Virus record (IMG/VR): IMGVR_UViG_3300044511_000013
Span: 8,438-72,437 of that record
DNA length: 64,000 bases
Strand: one strand, 5' to 3'
Source: a virus
Positions 37,364 to 47,058 of the stretch are shown in pieces; position 1 is the stretch's first letter; every line of letters starts with the position of its first letter. The notes under the pieces were generated by a model. That model did no database searches. It was not told the DNA's origin and saw only the letters and a list, made by a program, of their open reading frames with translations. Both the position numbers and the translations under genes were made by a program.

Positions 37364-38557
37364 TCACATCGCACCGATGAGAATGAGACCTGCCCCGCCT
37401 CGGCCACCGTCCCCGCCTGTGTGCGCCGTCACGGCTGCGTTGGTCCCGCCCAGTGTCACCGCCGTACCGTTCGGCGTCAGGCTCACCTGGAACGTGTTCG
37501 TCTGCACGTTGACCACGTAGTACTCCAGGCCCGTACCGGGAGGCACGGCAGTCGTCGTGAGCCCCGTGACCGTGCCGACTGCGCTGAACGTGATCGGCGT
37601 GTTGAGGGTCAGACCATGCGCCGTGAGCGAGAAGTCGCTGGTGGACACCTGGCCCGTCGGTGCGATCTGGAGCCCGGCCCCACCGCCACCGCCGCCACAG
37701 CCGTAGGCACCGTTGCCGCCACGCCCCGCAAAGGCCGTGTTGGCGCTCCCGCCACCGGTCCCGCCGTAGTTGACCAGTGGGAGCTGCCACGCCCCCGTGA
37801 ACATGTGGCCGTCGGGTCCGTTCGCCGCCGCTACCCCGCCCGAAGTCGAGGGGAACGGCCCGGCCCCGGTGATCCCACCGCCTGCCGATGTGCCGTTGCC
37901 GCTCGTCAGGCCACCGCCGCCGCCCCCACCACAGCACCACTGGCCGCCCGACCCGAACAGTCCCGCTGCGATCCCGGCCCCGGTCGCCCCACCGTTGCCG
38001 CCAGTGCCACCAGGAACGCCGCCCCACAGACCGAGCAAACCGAGCGTTGCCTGCGATGACAACGGGGCGGATGCACCGCTCCCGGCAGTGCCGCCGAGAG
38101 TGGCCGAACCGGTCCCACCGCCCAGCCCGCCCGCTGATCCCGACGCCAGCACGGTCGCCGCCGCTGCACTCGATGACGGATCGGTCACAATCTTCGCTGC
38201 CCCGCCCGTGTAGCCACTGCGCCTCGCCGTGCCGCCCGTGCCACCGTAAGGCACCACGAGATAGAGCACTCGTGGCAGAGCGTCTGCGGGCATGATCCGC
38301 CACGAAAGCGAGGCCCCGCCGCCTGCGCCCCCGCCGCCACGTGCAGCACCCGCCCCCGACTGGAAACCGCCTGCGCCTCCACCACCGCTGCCCACAGCGA
38401 GCATCCACAAGCAAGCCGTCCCTCGGGGCATCGGCCACTCGTAGACAACCGTTTCGGGTACCGAGGCCGCCGACGCTGAAACCTTGGGTGCGCTGGAACC
38501 CTCACCGCCGACCGTGAAGGTCTGAAGGCGCTCGGGGTCGCCAGGGAACCAGAACAT
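37364..38557 (-). CDS. Glycine-rich domain protein with inserted AHGL..YYV..F.+S module
   Basis: Paralog of 36413-37360; insertion TAHGLT..ITF...YYVVN...TFQVS.T. Confidence 0.65.
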   Translation of the reverse strand: MFWFPGDPERLQTFTVGGEGSSAPKVSASAASVPETVVYEWPMPRGTACLWMLAVGSGGGGAGGFQSGAGAARGGGGAGGGASLSWRIMPADALPRVLYLVVPYGGTGGTARRSGYTGGAAKIVTDPSSSAAAATVLASGSAGGLGGGTGSATLGGTAGSGASAPLSSQATLGLLGLWGGVPGGTGGNGGATGAGIAAGLFGSGGQWCCGGGGGGGLTSGNGTSAGGGITGAGPFPSTSGGVAAANGPDGHMFTGAWQLPLVNYGGTGGGSANTAFAGRGGNGAYGCGGGGGGAGLQIAPTGQVSTSDFSLTAHGLTLNTPITFSAVGTVTGLTTTAVPPGTGLEYYVVNVQTNTFQVSLTPNGTAVTLGGTNAAVTAHTGGDGGRGGAGLILIGAM

Positions 38558-38566
38558 GTGGTCCCC

Positions 38567-39073
38567 CTAGTACTGGCCGCCGAAGCCCGTCAGGTGATAG
38601 CCGCCGTTCGTCGTAGTGCCGATGACGGCCCCGAACGTGACGTAGACCCGGTAGTTGGCCTTGATCGGCTTGTTGATGGGGAAGTCCTGCCACGGCGTGG
38701 CCAAGGTCGTACTGAACGTCATCGCCGGAACGTTGTACTCGGCGAAGATGCTCGTGTTGGCCGACGTTGTGACCGCACTGCCGTTGTTGAGCCACACACG
38801 CATGACCGCCGCCGAGCTGCTGACCGTGGAAGCCAACGTGACCCGGATGCTGCCCAGCAAGCTGCCGTTCGCACCCGAAGTCCACACCAGGAACGCCGTC
38901 GGAGCCGTGTTCACGCCGTCGCCGACCAGGAAGGCAGGGCTGGAACCCGCAGAGTGGAAGTGGGTGTAGGCAGTCGTCCCGGCCCTCGACACGTTGGCGG
39001 TGCCGCCGCCCTCGGTGACGTTGGCGATCTGAGAGTCCGGCGTGGGCCAAACAGGCAACGTATTGGCAGGCAC
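38567..39073 (-). CDS. Hypothetical virion protein
   Basis: 168 aa, beta-rich, MPANT.P start and GG.Y end. Confidence 0.5.
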   Translation of the reverse strand: MPANTLPVWPTPDSQIANVTEGGGTANVSRAGTTAYTHFHSAGSSPAFLVGDGVNTAPTAFLVWTSGANGSLLGSIRVTLASTVSSSAAVMRVWLNNGSAVTTSANTSIFAEYNVPAMTFSTTLATPWQDFPINKPIKANYRVYVTFGAVIGTTTNGGYHLTGFGGQY

Positions 39074-39985
39074 CTAGCTCACCCCCGTGAAGTAGCGGCC
39101 CGACCCCGACCCGAGCATCGGGCTGAGCCATTGGCTGATGAGAATGCGCCGGTCGGCGATCATCCCGTCGTTGGCCCCCGGCGAGGCCGTCGGGTTGACG
39201 ATGGCCGTGTCGTTGTTGCCGATGAACACGGCTGCGAGCACGCACACGGTGAGGTTGCCGTCGGCATCCACAGGAAGCGCAGGGTAAGCCGGGCTGGCCG
39301 CCGCCGTCCCCGGAAGCACCCACACTGCGCCACTCTCGGTGTGCTGCCGCCACGTCATCGTCGTGGTGCCGATCGTGATGGTGCCGACATTGGTCAACCA
39401 GAACTTGAGGCCCTTGTTCGTGGTCCCGGCGATCACAGGCACACTGTCCCCGGTGAGCAACTCGCCGGTCGCATCGGCATCGGTGGCCCTCGTCGGCGCA
39501 CCCGAGCTGTTCACGGTGTAGATGCCGTTGTCGGAATTCCCTTGGTCCTTGATGAGGATGCGGTCCCCCGTGATGAGCGTGACGCCATCGACCACAGAGT
39601 TGTTGGCGAAAGACGAGTTCATCGTGCCTGAAGTGGTTGTCGCCACTCTGACCGCCATGAGCGCACGGGTCGGAGCCGCCACCACGAGGTCGAGCCGGTG
39701 CAGCGAGGCGTGAGAACCGCCGATGACCAAGGCCGTCGAGCTGTTGGCGATCGCATCGAGGCCCGCCGACTGGCCTTGGACCATGAACTGGCCCGTGTCC
39801 AGGTCGAGCGTCATGTTGGCCCCCGCCGCACGGGCCTTGACCTTGCACCCGGAGATGACCCCGGTGAGCGCAAAGGGCGCTGAAAGGATCAGGAAGTCGC
39901 CCGAGTCCAGCCCGGAGAGCGCTACGAAGCCCGATGGCGCTGGGTCAACGGCAGCGCCTGCGTCGTTGAGCAGGTCGAAGGCCAT
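39074..39985 (-). CDS. Fibre/decoration protein sharing a module with 2224-5664
   Basis: VRVATT...VDGV....DRILIKDQ...NGIY.V....TRATDAD. Confidence 0.6.
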   Translation of the reverse strand: MAFDLLNDAGAAVDPAPSGFVALSGLDSGDFLILSAPFALTGVISGCKVKARAAGANMTLDLDTGQFMVQGQSAGLDAIANSSTALVIGGSHASLHRLDLVVAAPTRALMAVRVATTTSGTMNSSFANNSVVDGVTLITGDRILIKDQGNSDNGIYTVNSSGAPTRATDADATGELLTGDSVPVIAGTTNKGLKFWLTNVGTITIGTTTMTWRQHTESGAVWVLPGTAAASPAYPALPVDADGNLTVCVLAAVFIGNNDTAIVNPTASPGANDGMIADRRILISQWLSPMLGSGSGRYFTGVS

Positions 39986-39988
39986 GCA

Positions 39989-40225
39989 TCAGTCCTGCAC
40001 CGAGTCGTTGCGGGCCGTGTCGAGCAACGTGGCTGCGATCAGGTCGTATGCATCGGCCTTGGCCAGCGTGGCCGCCACTGCGAGCATCGCCGCCTGGGCC
40101 GTGCCCTCAGGATCATCCGACAGGTCCGCCATGAGCTTGCCGAAGTCGGCTTCGAGCTTGGCAGCCTCCCGAAGGTGCGCCGCCAGGCCGTGCCAATCGA
40201 ACGCCGCAAGTGTCTGCTGATCCAT
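39989..40225 (-). CDS. Hypothetical protein
   Basis: 78 aa helical ORF with AAGGGGA RBS. Confidence 0.5.
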   Translation of the reverse strand: MDQQTLAAFDWHGLAAHLREAAKLEADFGKLMADLSDDPEGTAQAAMLAVAATLAKADAYDLIAATLLDTARNDSVQD

Positions 40226-40233
40226 CGGTCCCC

Positions 40234-40710
40234 TTAGTCCGTGGCCCGGAAGAACACACCGGAGTTGGCCGTCACGTCGGAGCCGTCCGGCGTGATCGCA
40301 AAGTCGTTGAACGTGAGCGGCGTGATGTTGGCATCGGTGCCCGCCCCCGTGTCGGCGTCGTAACAGACCACCAGGTGCGTGCTCGCCCCGCCGCCCGAAG
40401 CCACTGCGCTCCAGGTCATGGCCGGAAGGCTCACGTCGTAGCGGTTGTTCGTGTCATCCGGCGCTGGCAGGTTCGCCAACTCGACATCGGTAAGCGTCTT
40501 GCGTGCCCAGTTGTTCGTGTTGCGCTCCACCACGCCCGAAATGGCCAGGAGGGCCGTGAGCGTGTCGGCGTCCTTCATCGAGTCGTCGGTGGCGGCCCCT
40601 TGCGTGATGACCACAACGATCAGTGCGCTCGCACTCGGGTCGTTGTTCTCAACCCGGTTGTAGTACTCGACAACCCGGCCCTTGGCGATGTTGGCGACAA
40701 ACGATGCCAC
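40234..40710 (-). CDS. Hypothetical virion structural protein
   Basis: 158 aa; D.NNR.D...TW...+++.YD.DT..PL...DF..TPDGSD.T. Confidence 0.5.
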   Translation of the reverse strand: MASFVANIAKGRVVEYYNRVENNDPSASALIVVVITQGAATDDSMKDADTLTALLAISGVVERNTNNWARKTLTDVELANLPAPDDTNNRYDVSLPAMTWSAVASGGGASTHLVVCYDADTGAGTDANITPLTFNDFAITPDGSDVTANSGVFFRATD

Positions 40711-40777
40711 GGAGGTCTCCTCGGCTTGGTTCTAGGGCCGAGGGTAACGGGGCCGCTGGGCCAGGTGGTGCTCTTGC

Positions 40778-42232
40778 TCACTGGATGATCCACGGGGAGT
40801 CTCTGGTGAACTGGTCGACCATGGGCAGTGCAAAGGGCCTGATCCCGGTGCGTACCCGCCATGCGAGCGCATCCGCCACCACGCTGTCAGGAGGATGGCC
40901 CCGGCCCGACCTTGATCCCGAGCCGTAGCCGCCAAACAGGTCGATCTGCCGGGTGTACAGATGCTCCTTGTACACGAACTCGATCATCGGGCTGCGCAAC
41001 TCGTCGGCCTCGATCGCAGCGACGTACTCGGCGAAGATGGCCTCCCGCTCCCGGCCGACCATCACAACGTCGTGCACAGGGTGCCGTAGCCGCACCCCGA
41101 GGTCCGTGAGCATGTCGCCGACCACGTTGCCGATCCCGGTCGCATCATGGGCGAGCGGTCCTGGGTAGCGGTCCAGCCGGTCGACCACTTTGCGCACCAT
41201 GACCGGCCACGGGAGCTTGTTGGTGCGCTCCCATGCGACCCGCTGCCATGGCCGCTGGGTTGTGTCCCAGGTGCTGATGACGGTCCAGTCCTGTTCCTTG
41301 GCCCAGTCGACCCCGGTGGCGTACTTGCGGCCCGCCCTCGGCTGCCTGATGATGAGCTGCTTGTCGGGCAGGCCCGCCCAGGACCCCTCCTCGGCATCGA
41401 ACATGCGGGCCAGCGCATCCCCGTCGATCGCCCGGTCGCCGATGCTGGGTTCCTGAAGGTCGTACTCCACCCGCCACATGGCCTCGGAAACCTCGGCCCG
41501 CTTCAGGTCCATCATCTCCTGGGTGAGCCACCCGTCGATCGGGTTCGAGGTCTCCCGGTAGCACCACTCCCGCACCGGCCAGCCCTTCTGCACCGCTCTG
41601 CGCAGCATCTCGGCCATCGTGGCGTCCGGGTACTGGTGGGTACTCGACATGCACGTCATCTGACGGATGCCCCGCTTCGACATCGGCTGGCCTTGCGCCG
41701 CCTCCAGGATCGGCAGGTCCATCTCGTCGATCTCGTCCAGGAGCAACCATTGGGGGTGCGGGCCACGAACGCTGCGCTGGCTGGCCATGAGCGCCCGGAT
41801 CGAACCCCGGTTGATGAGCTTGGTCTCCATGACCGTGGGTTCCTGCTTCAGGAGGAACCTCGGAGCCCGGCTGCTGAACCACGCCTCGGTCATGATGTTG
41901 TGCACACTCTGGCTCTGCGCAGCACTGCCGCCGAGCAACGTGATGCCGCACCCGAAGACGGCCGCCCCCGTGATGCCCAGAAGGGCGAGGGTCTGGCTCT
42001 TGCCCCCGAAGCCCCGGCTGGCCTTCCACAAGATGACCGGGTAGCGCATGAAAAAGGCATCGGCGAACGCCTGGAACGGGGTGCAATGGTCAGGGCAGAC
42101 CGGGGTCCTCGGGATGTTGACGCCCCAGAGAAGCTGCACCGCTGCGTGCAACTCGTCGTCGTCCTGCGGCAACGGAATCTGGTAGTGCTGATTCTGCTGC
42201 CAGTCGGCCCGGTCAACGGTAGGCGTAGACAT
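40778..42232 (-). CDS. terL: Terminase large subunit
   Basis: Start MSTPT; ASRGFGGKS (Walker A), RGPHP..LLLDEID (Walker B), GVDWA..D.TV, DATGIG and HPPDS..ALA nuclease motifs. Confidence 0.9.
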   Translation of the reverse strand: MSTPTVDRADWQQNQHYQIPLPQDDDELHAAVQLLWGVNIPRTPVCPDHCTPFQAFADAFFMRYPVILWKASRGFGGKSQTLALLGITGAAVFGCGITLLGGSAAQSQSVHNIMTEAWFSSRAPRFLLKQEPTVMETKLINRGSIRALMASQRSVRGPHPQWLLLDEIDEMDLPILEAAQGQPMSKRGIRQMTCMSSTHQYPDATMAEMLRRAVQKGWPVREWCYRETSNPIDGWLTQEMMDLKRAEVSEAMWRVEYDLQEPSIGDRAIDGDALARMFDAEEGSWAGLPDKQLIIRQPRAGRKYATGVDWAKEQDWTVISTWDTTQRPWQRVAWERTNKLPWPVMVRKVVDRLDRYPGPLAHDATGIGNVVGDMLTDLGVRLRHPVHDVVMVGREREAIFAEYVAAIEADELRSPMIEFVYKEHLYTRQIDLFGGYGSGSRSGRGHPPDSVVADALAWRVRTGIRPFALPMVDQFTRDSPWIIQ

Positions 42233-43379
42233 GCACTTCCCCTCGGCCTCCTGCGCCGCCTGCGCCACTGTTGGTCCCGTTCGCACTGGCACCCCCGCCG
42301 CCACCGCTGCCGCCTCGTGCACCGCCTGCCCCACCGGCATAGCCGCCCCCACCGCCTCCAGCGCCCCCACAGCCGCCTCCGGTCGTACCTGCGGCCCCAG
42401 CGCCTCCTGCGCCGCCACTCCCGCCTGCGGGGCCGGTAAGAGCCGTTCCTGCGCCCCCAGCGCCCCCGTCGAGGTTCGTATCGCCCGTGGTGATGCTGCC
42501 CCCAGCGCCTCCGGCCGCCCCAGTGGTCCAGGAAAGCGCATTGCGGCCCACAATGCCGCCCAATGCGGTCGCCCCCGAAGGGCTCGCCCCAGGAATCACG
42601 TTCGGCCAGGCTGTGATGTCGCTCCCGGCCCCACCAAGGCCCCCGCCTGCGGCTTGGCCGCCTTTGCCCCCGAGACCGCCCGCCACGCTCAAGTGGGTGC
42701 CGAAACTCGTGGTGCCGCCGTTGCCCCCGTCGCTGCCGTTCGTGTCATTGGACGTGACCGCTGCGCCTGCGGTCCCGCCTGCGCCGATCGTGATGGCCAC
42801 CGTGGTCCCTAAGGACCCTGCCGGTATCCGTATCCAGCCGCCTCCACCGGCCCCACCAGAACCTCCGCCTCTGCGATCGGTCCCCGCAGCGCCACGCCTG
42901 CCAGATGCGCCCCCTCCCGCAGCGCCCCATACGAACACGTCCACGTACCTCGTGCTGGGGTGCTTGATCCAGGTACCCGTCGCCGTGAACTGCTGAAGGT
43001 CCGCCTGGTCCTGCGCCACGATGGTCCAGGTCGTAGCCCCGTCAGTGCGCAGCCGCAGATAGGACCTCGGGTTCAGGAGCGGAAACGCAGTCGTGTTGCT
43101 GAAGCCCCCGATCTGGTCCCCGGCATAGGGGTCGTCAGGATCGCCGGTAAGCCCTTCTGCAACGACCTGCACATAGGTCCCGGCCACGGCATTGCAGGCC
43201 CCGTACTCGTCCACGAGCATCATCTCGAAGCCCTCGGGCAACATGCCCGCCCGAGGCAGCTTCCACGTGCGCACGGCCGTCAGGCTGGCCGCAGTGCGCA
43301 CCACGCAAAAGTTGTCGCCGTAAGGCGCTTCTGGCGCTACGTGCCGGTCGTAGTCCCCAACGGACAGTGTGGCGCTCAT
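42213..43379 (-). CDS. Glycine-rich fibre-like protein (paralog of 35192-36397)
   Basis: Shares RTWKLP, PLL.P...+RLR.DG.T.W.+.AQ, HP.TR and ASGR.GA.GTDR.GGG motifs. Confidence 0.65.
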   Translation of the reverse strand: MSATLSVGDYDRHVAPEAPYGDNFCVVRTAASLTAVRTWKLPRAGMLPEGFEMMLVDEYGACNAVAGTYVQVVAEGLTGDPDDPYAGDQIGGFSNTTAFPLLNPRSYLRLRTDGATTWTIVAQDQADLQQFTATGTWIKHPSTRYVDVFVWGAAGGGASGRRGAAGTDRRGGGSGGAGGGGWIRIPAGSLGTTVAITIGAGGTAGAAVTSNDTNGSDGGNGGTTSFGTHLSVAGGLGGKGGQAAGGGLGGAGSDITAWPNVIPGASPSGATALGGIVGRNALSWTTGAAGGAGGSITTGDTNLDGGAGGAGTALTGPAGGSGGAGGAGAAGTTGGGCGGAGGGGGGYAGGAGGARGGSGGGGGASANGTNSGAGGAGGRGEVHVYAYR

Positions 43380-43591
43380 CCCCGGAACTTGACCCCGAAC
43401 TGTTCCCACGCCACCAACACGAGCGCCTCGTTGCGCTCGAAGCCCGCCGCCACCAGTGCGTTGAACTGCAACCGCAGCCACTCGGCCCGCATCGTGTAGG
43501 TCTCCACCGGCATATCGTCGAGGAGCCGCTTGATGGCCTCCGCCTCCGGCTTGCTGATGGGCTCGAAATCGTCCATGTCGTCGTCCGTCAC
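43376..43591 (-). CDS. Hypothetical protein
   Basis: VTDDDMDDF...LVAAGF...EAL.LV; GTGA/ATGA coupling. Confidence 0.5.
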   Translation of the reverse strand: MTDDDMDDFEPISKPEAEAIKRLLDDMPVETYTMRAEWLRLQFNALVAAGFERNEALVLVAWEQFGVKFRG

Positions 43592-43740
43592 TGGTCCCCC
43601 TCCGTCATCTCCCGTAGGTCCCGCATACGGCGCTCCCATTGGCCGATCGAGTCCCCAGGAAGGCCCCGATGGCGAGCCCGGCCTATGGCCAGGATGAAAA
43701 AGGCCGCCCGTGCCGCCACAAGCGCTGCGAGCACGATCAT
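43588..43740 (-). CDS. Small membrane protein
   Basis: MIVLAALVAARAAFFILAIG hydrophobic N-terminus; ATGA overlap. Confidence 0.4.
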   Translation of the reverse strand: MIVLAALVAARAAFFILAIGRARHRGLPGDSIGQWERRMRDLREMTEGDQ

Positions 43741-43961
43741 GCATACCCTGCCTGTGCCTGCTGTTGCTGCTGCCTGAGCACTGCCAGCCGCTGCTGCGAG
43801 TAGCGCCTCGACTTCTCGTCGGCCGCCTGCGCTGCGTGCAGCTCCCATTCGATGGTCTCGCACGTCTCGACATGGCGCACCCGCTCACGGCGATGTAGCC
43901 AAGCCCCGCAGTAGGGGCACGAGCCTCGCACCGGCACCACCAATTGGTCCATCCCGGCCAT
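43737..43961 (-). CDS. Small zinc-finger protein
   Basis: CPYC..........H...C. Confidence 0.45.
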   Translation of the reverse strand: MAGMDQLVVPVRGSCPYCGAWLHRRERVRHVETCETIEWELHAAQAADEKSRRYSQQRLAVLRQQQQQAQAGYA

Positions 43962-44038
43962 CGAAGCAGATTGGCCCGGTGCGGGGTGGCTCCTGCCTGC
44001 GAGCGGGAAGCAATCGGGTCCCCGCACCGGACGCCCTT

Positions 44039-44281
44039 CTATGCACGAGCCAGGTTCGACCTGCGTACATCGACGATCTCCGCCTGGCTCATCACGATGT
44101 CCCGGATGAGCTGTGCGCCCGCCTCCTTGGATTCGACCTCCATGACCTTGCGCTCATTGCCCCCCGTCCTGAGCAAGACCCATAGCTCGCCCTCCGTCCT
44201 CATGCCGACCTCCAGCAACGTGACCATGCCGAGGTTGGCCGCAGTGCCGTCGTAACAGATCAACCACTTCCACGGACGCAT
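44039..44281 (-). CDS. Hypothetical protein
   Basis: MRPWKWL... with GGAAGGGAG RBS. Confidence 0.5.
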   Translation of the reverse strand: MRPWKWLICYDGTAANLGMVTLLEVGMRTEGELWVLLRTGGNERKVMEVESKEAGAQLIRDIVMSQAEIVDVRRSNLARA

Positions 44282-44294
44282 GTCGCTCCCTTCC

Positions 44295-44675
44295 TCACGG
44301 GCCTTGGTGACCGTTGCCCCGGATGAAGTCGAACACGTTGGGCACGGTGGGCTGCCGGACCCCTTGCAGAAGCTTGCTCTGGCGCACCTGGGGGATGACA
44401 TCGAGCAACATACGGGCCACAAGGGTCTCGTATTCGACCTCCCATCGCTCCCGCAGTGTCATCCCGACCTCGTACTCGACATCGAGGGGTGCATCGAGCA
44501 CGTTCACGAGCGCCTCGATCCTGAGGTTCACGATGCTTGCCCCGTCGATCTGAGCCCCACTCGCTTGGAGCACGGTGGCGTAGTGGCCGTTGTGGGCAAT
44601 CAGGGCGGCATGGCGCTCCCGCCTGTCAGGTATGCCCACGATGGCGTCGATGTCGGGCTGGTACTGGTCGGCCAT
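44295..44675 (-). CDS. Hypothetical protein
   Basis: MADQYQP... with AGGAGG RBS. Confidence 0.55.
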   Translation of the reverse strand: MADQYQPDIDAIVGIPDRRERHAALIAHNGHYATVLQASGAQIDGASIVNLRIEALVNVLDAPLDVEYEVGMTLRERWEVEYETLVARMLLDVIPQVRQSKLLQGVRQPTVPNVFDFIRGNGHQGP

Positions 44676-44683
44676 GTCCCCTC

Positions 44684-44995
44684 CTACAACTCCACGAACT
44701 CGGTGACGCTTGTCCCGCACTCCCGGCACGTTGTGAGCACGTCCATTCTGGCGACCCCTTCGCCCGCCACGAGCCCATGGCCCCCGGTGCTGATCCCTCT
44801 CGCTGCAAGACCTCGGTCGTACTGCCCGTTGGGGCACCCGTACGCATGGCCTGCGTGCAACCCGAACCTGCGCAGCTTCACGTTCTCGGTCCAGCCCAGT
44901 AGGTCGGCCTCGGTGTAGGTCAGGTTGACCAGGTGCAGGTCCCCCGTGAGCTTCAACGGCACCTTGCGCCTCGTGGTCCCTGGTATGCCCATCAC
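44684..44995 (-). CDS. Hypothetical protein, possible Zn-binding
   Basis: H..H...C and C..C motifs. Confidence 0.45.
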   Translation of the reverse strand: MMGIPGTTRRKVPLKLTGDLHLVNLTYTEADLLGWTENVKLRRFGLHAGHAYGCPNGQYDRGLAARGISTGGHGLVAGEGVARMDVLTTCRECGTSVTEFVEL

Positions 44996-45615
44996 ACGCT
45001 CCCGTTCTTGTGGCCGTTCTGGTGTCCGTTCCTGTGGCCGTTGGTCGGTGGAGGTGGCATCTCGATGGTCCCGCTGCCTACCTCGATGACATCCCGGCTG
45101 CGGTCCTGGCGCTCCACCAGTGCCTTGACCTGTTCGACAAAGCTGGCCTCATCGTCCCCGCCGATCACAAGGGTCCCAGTGACTGCCTCGTCTGCGAGCT
45201 TGGTGACGTGCTCTGCGATCGCACCCGCCAGGAGGTTCTCCTGGCGCTGCATGATGTTGAGGAAGCGGTCCATGAAGGGCAACGCATCGTTGGCGAGCAT
45301 CATGAGGGGGTTCCCGTCCCGGTCGGTGATCGGGTTCCCTTGGGAGTCGGTGAGTGCCTCCCGGCGTGTCGCTCTGGTCCAGAGGAGCGCCTGAAAGGTC
45401 GAGTACTGCTGCATGTGGATGGCGAGGACCATCTTGGCCGAGTCCCCGTGCAGTGCCGTCAACGCCTCGTAGACCGAAGTCTGTGCTGATCCCTCACTGG
45501 CGTACCCGAGCATCTCGGCGATCTGCCGGTACGTGAGTCCCGCCTTGCGTAGCTCCACGGCCTCACGTTGCCGTTGGCGATGGTTGATCGTGGCGGTCGT
45601 ACTGCGCTTGGCCAT
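44992..45615 (-). CDS. Terminase small subunit (HTH)
   Basis: R..A+ELRKAG.TY.QIA..LGY.S...A HTH; upstream of terL; AGGAGG RBS. Confidence 0.65.
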   Translation of the reverse strand: MAKRSTTATINHRQRQREAVELRKAGLTYRQIAEMLGYASEGSAQTSVYEALTALHGDSAKMVLAIHMQQYSTFQALLWTRATRREALTDSQGNPITDRDGNPLMMLANDALPFMDRFLNIMQRQENLLAGAIAEHVTKLADEAVTGTLVIGGDDEASFVEQVKALVERQDRSRDVIEVGSGTIEMPPPPTNGHRNGHQNGHKNGSV

Positions 45616-45739
45616 TTCCCGGCCTCCTAGTGGTCCCGGCTTCGCAGCCATGTCCCACCCGAGCGTAGCCTTGGCCGGTTGGTCGAGCGGGGTCTCTAGG
45701 CCGGGAGTCCCCGCTCCCAACACATTGGTTGGCCAATAT

Positions 45740-45790
45740 GAAACGCCCCCCGCACCAGCGGATGGGGTCGCTGATCACGAGGGGCGTTTC
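45740..45790 (-). terminator. Intergenic hairpin, possible terminator before the packaging genes
   Basis: Perfect 10-bp inverted repeat GAAACGCCCC/GGGGCGTTTC with inner CAGCG/CGCTG stem. Confidence 0.45.
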
Positions 45791-45829
45791 TTGCTCTCTT
45801 GGAGATGAGCACCGGAAGGGTAAGGGCCT

Positions 45830-46018
45830 CTACTCCGCCACGTCCGGTGTGCTGATACTAGGACTATTGGTACTGGTTGGCAAGTCGGGAGGTTGGTTGG
45901 CCTGTTGGGCCCGCTCCCACTCGTGGAGTGCACCACGTAGGGCCAGTGTCTCCCGCTGATAGTCCCGCCGTGCTGCCATCGCCCGGTCCCATGCCTCGAT
46001 CACGTAGTCGGGGATCAC
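45830..46018 (-). CDS. Hypothetical protein
   Basis: VIPDYVIEAWD...; start uncertain. Confidence 0.4.
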   Translation of the reverse strand: MIPDYVIEAWDRAMAARRDYQRETLALRGALHEWERAQQANQPPDLPTSTNSPSISTPDVAE

Positions 46019-46098
46019 AATGTCACCCCCGCCACGTACCACAACGCCAGGAACACGATGGCACCCGCCAGCCACTGGATGATCCGCTTACCACGCAT
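46015..46098 (-). CDS. Possible 27-aa membrane peptide
   Basis: MRGKRIIQWLAGAIVFLALWYVAGVTL fills the gap, with GTGA coupling to the next gene. Confidence 0.3.
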   Translation of the reverse strand: MRGKRIIQWLAGAIVFLALWYVAGVTL

Positions 46099-46597
46099 CG
46101 TGGGCACCTACCTGTGTGTTGTCAAAGTGGACGGCCATCCCGACCTTGGTGAACACCTGTTGAGTGCACCCGATCCGGGCAAGACATCTACCAAAGATGC
46201 CATAGGCCAGGTACCTGTACCCGCCGTAGGGACGCTGCCAGTGGTAGTAGCCCCGCACGGTTGGTTGGTGTCTCCCGTCGAAGGTCCAGCCGAGTGCTGC
46301 ACCGATGGCGGTGACATCCGGCCGTTCACTGGTCGACTGGTGGTACACCCGTGATCCCGTGCACCAGTGCATGGTGACGCTGTGGGACCACATCGTGCCC
46401 AGTAGTGCCCGGCCCTTGACTCGCTGTGTCCACACCCAACACGGCGTACCTGTGGCTGTGGTTGCTTGCATGACTGGACGTGTGCTGATGACCTCGATGG
46501 CCACGAGTGCCCCGCCGTCGTCGGCCGCATGGGCCTGCGTAGGCACTGCGTTGAAGCCCCCGAGCGCCAGTAGCGCCACGAGGATGACTCTGCGCAT
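46088..46597 (-). CDS. Secreted protein
   Basis: Signal peptide MRRVILVALLALGG...AHA; Cys/Trp-containing beta domain. Confidence 0.6.
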   Translation of the reverse strand: MRRVILVALLALGGFNAVPTQAHAADDGGALVAIEVISTRPVMQATTATGTPCWVWTQRVKGRALLGTMWSHSVTMHWCTGSRVYHQSTSERPDVTAIGAALGWTFDGRHQPTVRGYYHWQRPYGGYRYLAYGIFGRCLARIGCTQQVFTKVGMAVHFDNTQVGAHDAW

Positions 46598-46663
46598 CCT
46601 GCTCTCCTTCCTGTCCTGTTGCCACCTACATCGGCAGCTTGGACAGAAACTTGAGCTGATTCG

Positions 46664-47032
46664 CTACTTCTTCTTGGCCTTCTGTGCCCCGACCTTGGCG
46701 GCCTTGGCTGCCTGCTGCGCCGCTGCCTTGGCTGCGATCCCGGCGTTGGCCAGTGCGGTCTTCTTGGTGGCCTTGAACGCCTTGGCGGGCTTGGCGATGT
46801 TGGTGATCGCTCCCGCTGGCTTCGGTCCCCCGGTCGACTTGAGCGCCACCCCGGCCTTCTTGGCCGGTGCTGCCGTGCTGCCTGTCTTGTTACGTGCCGG
46901 TGCGTACTTGCCCGGCTGTGCGTTCCTCGGGTTCCTCGACGCTGGCCTCGGTGGCGTGAAGGGCGGCTTCTTGTTGCCGCCCGCCCCCATCGCAGCGGAG
47001 ATGGCCCGTCGTTTCTGTCCAGCAGGCTTCAT
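46664..47032 (-). CDS. Lys/Ala-rich histone-H1-like basic protein
   Basis: MKPAGQKRR...AKPAKAFKATKK..AAKAAK; no acidic residues. Confidence 0.55.
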   Translation of the reverse strand: MKPAGQKRRAISAAMGAGGNKKPPFTPPRPASRNPRNAQPGKYAPARNKTGSTAAPAKKAGVALKSTGGPKPAGAITNIAKPAKAFKATKKTALANAGIAAKAAAQQAAKAAKVGAQKAKKK

Positions 47033-47058
47033 GGCACCAGTCTCCCACCTCGATGGGG

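Noticed and set aside
35192-38557. Gly-rich proteins as PE_PGRS or collagen
   Set aside because: No PE domain and no Gly-X-Y periodicity; they fit phage Gly-rich virion domains
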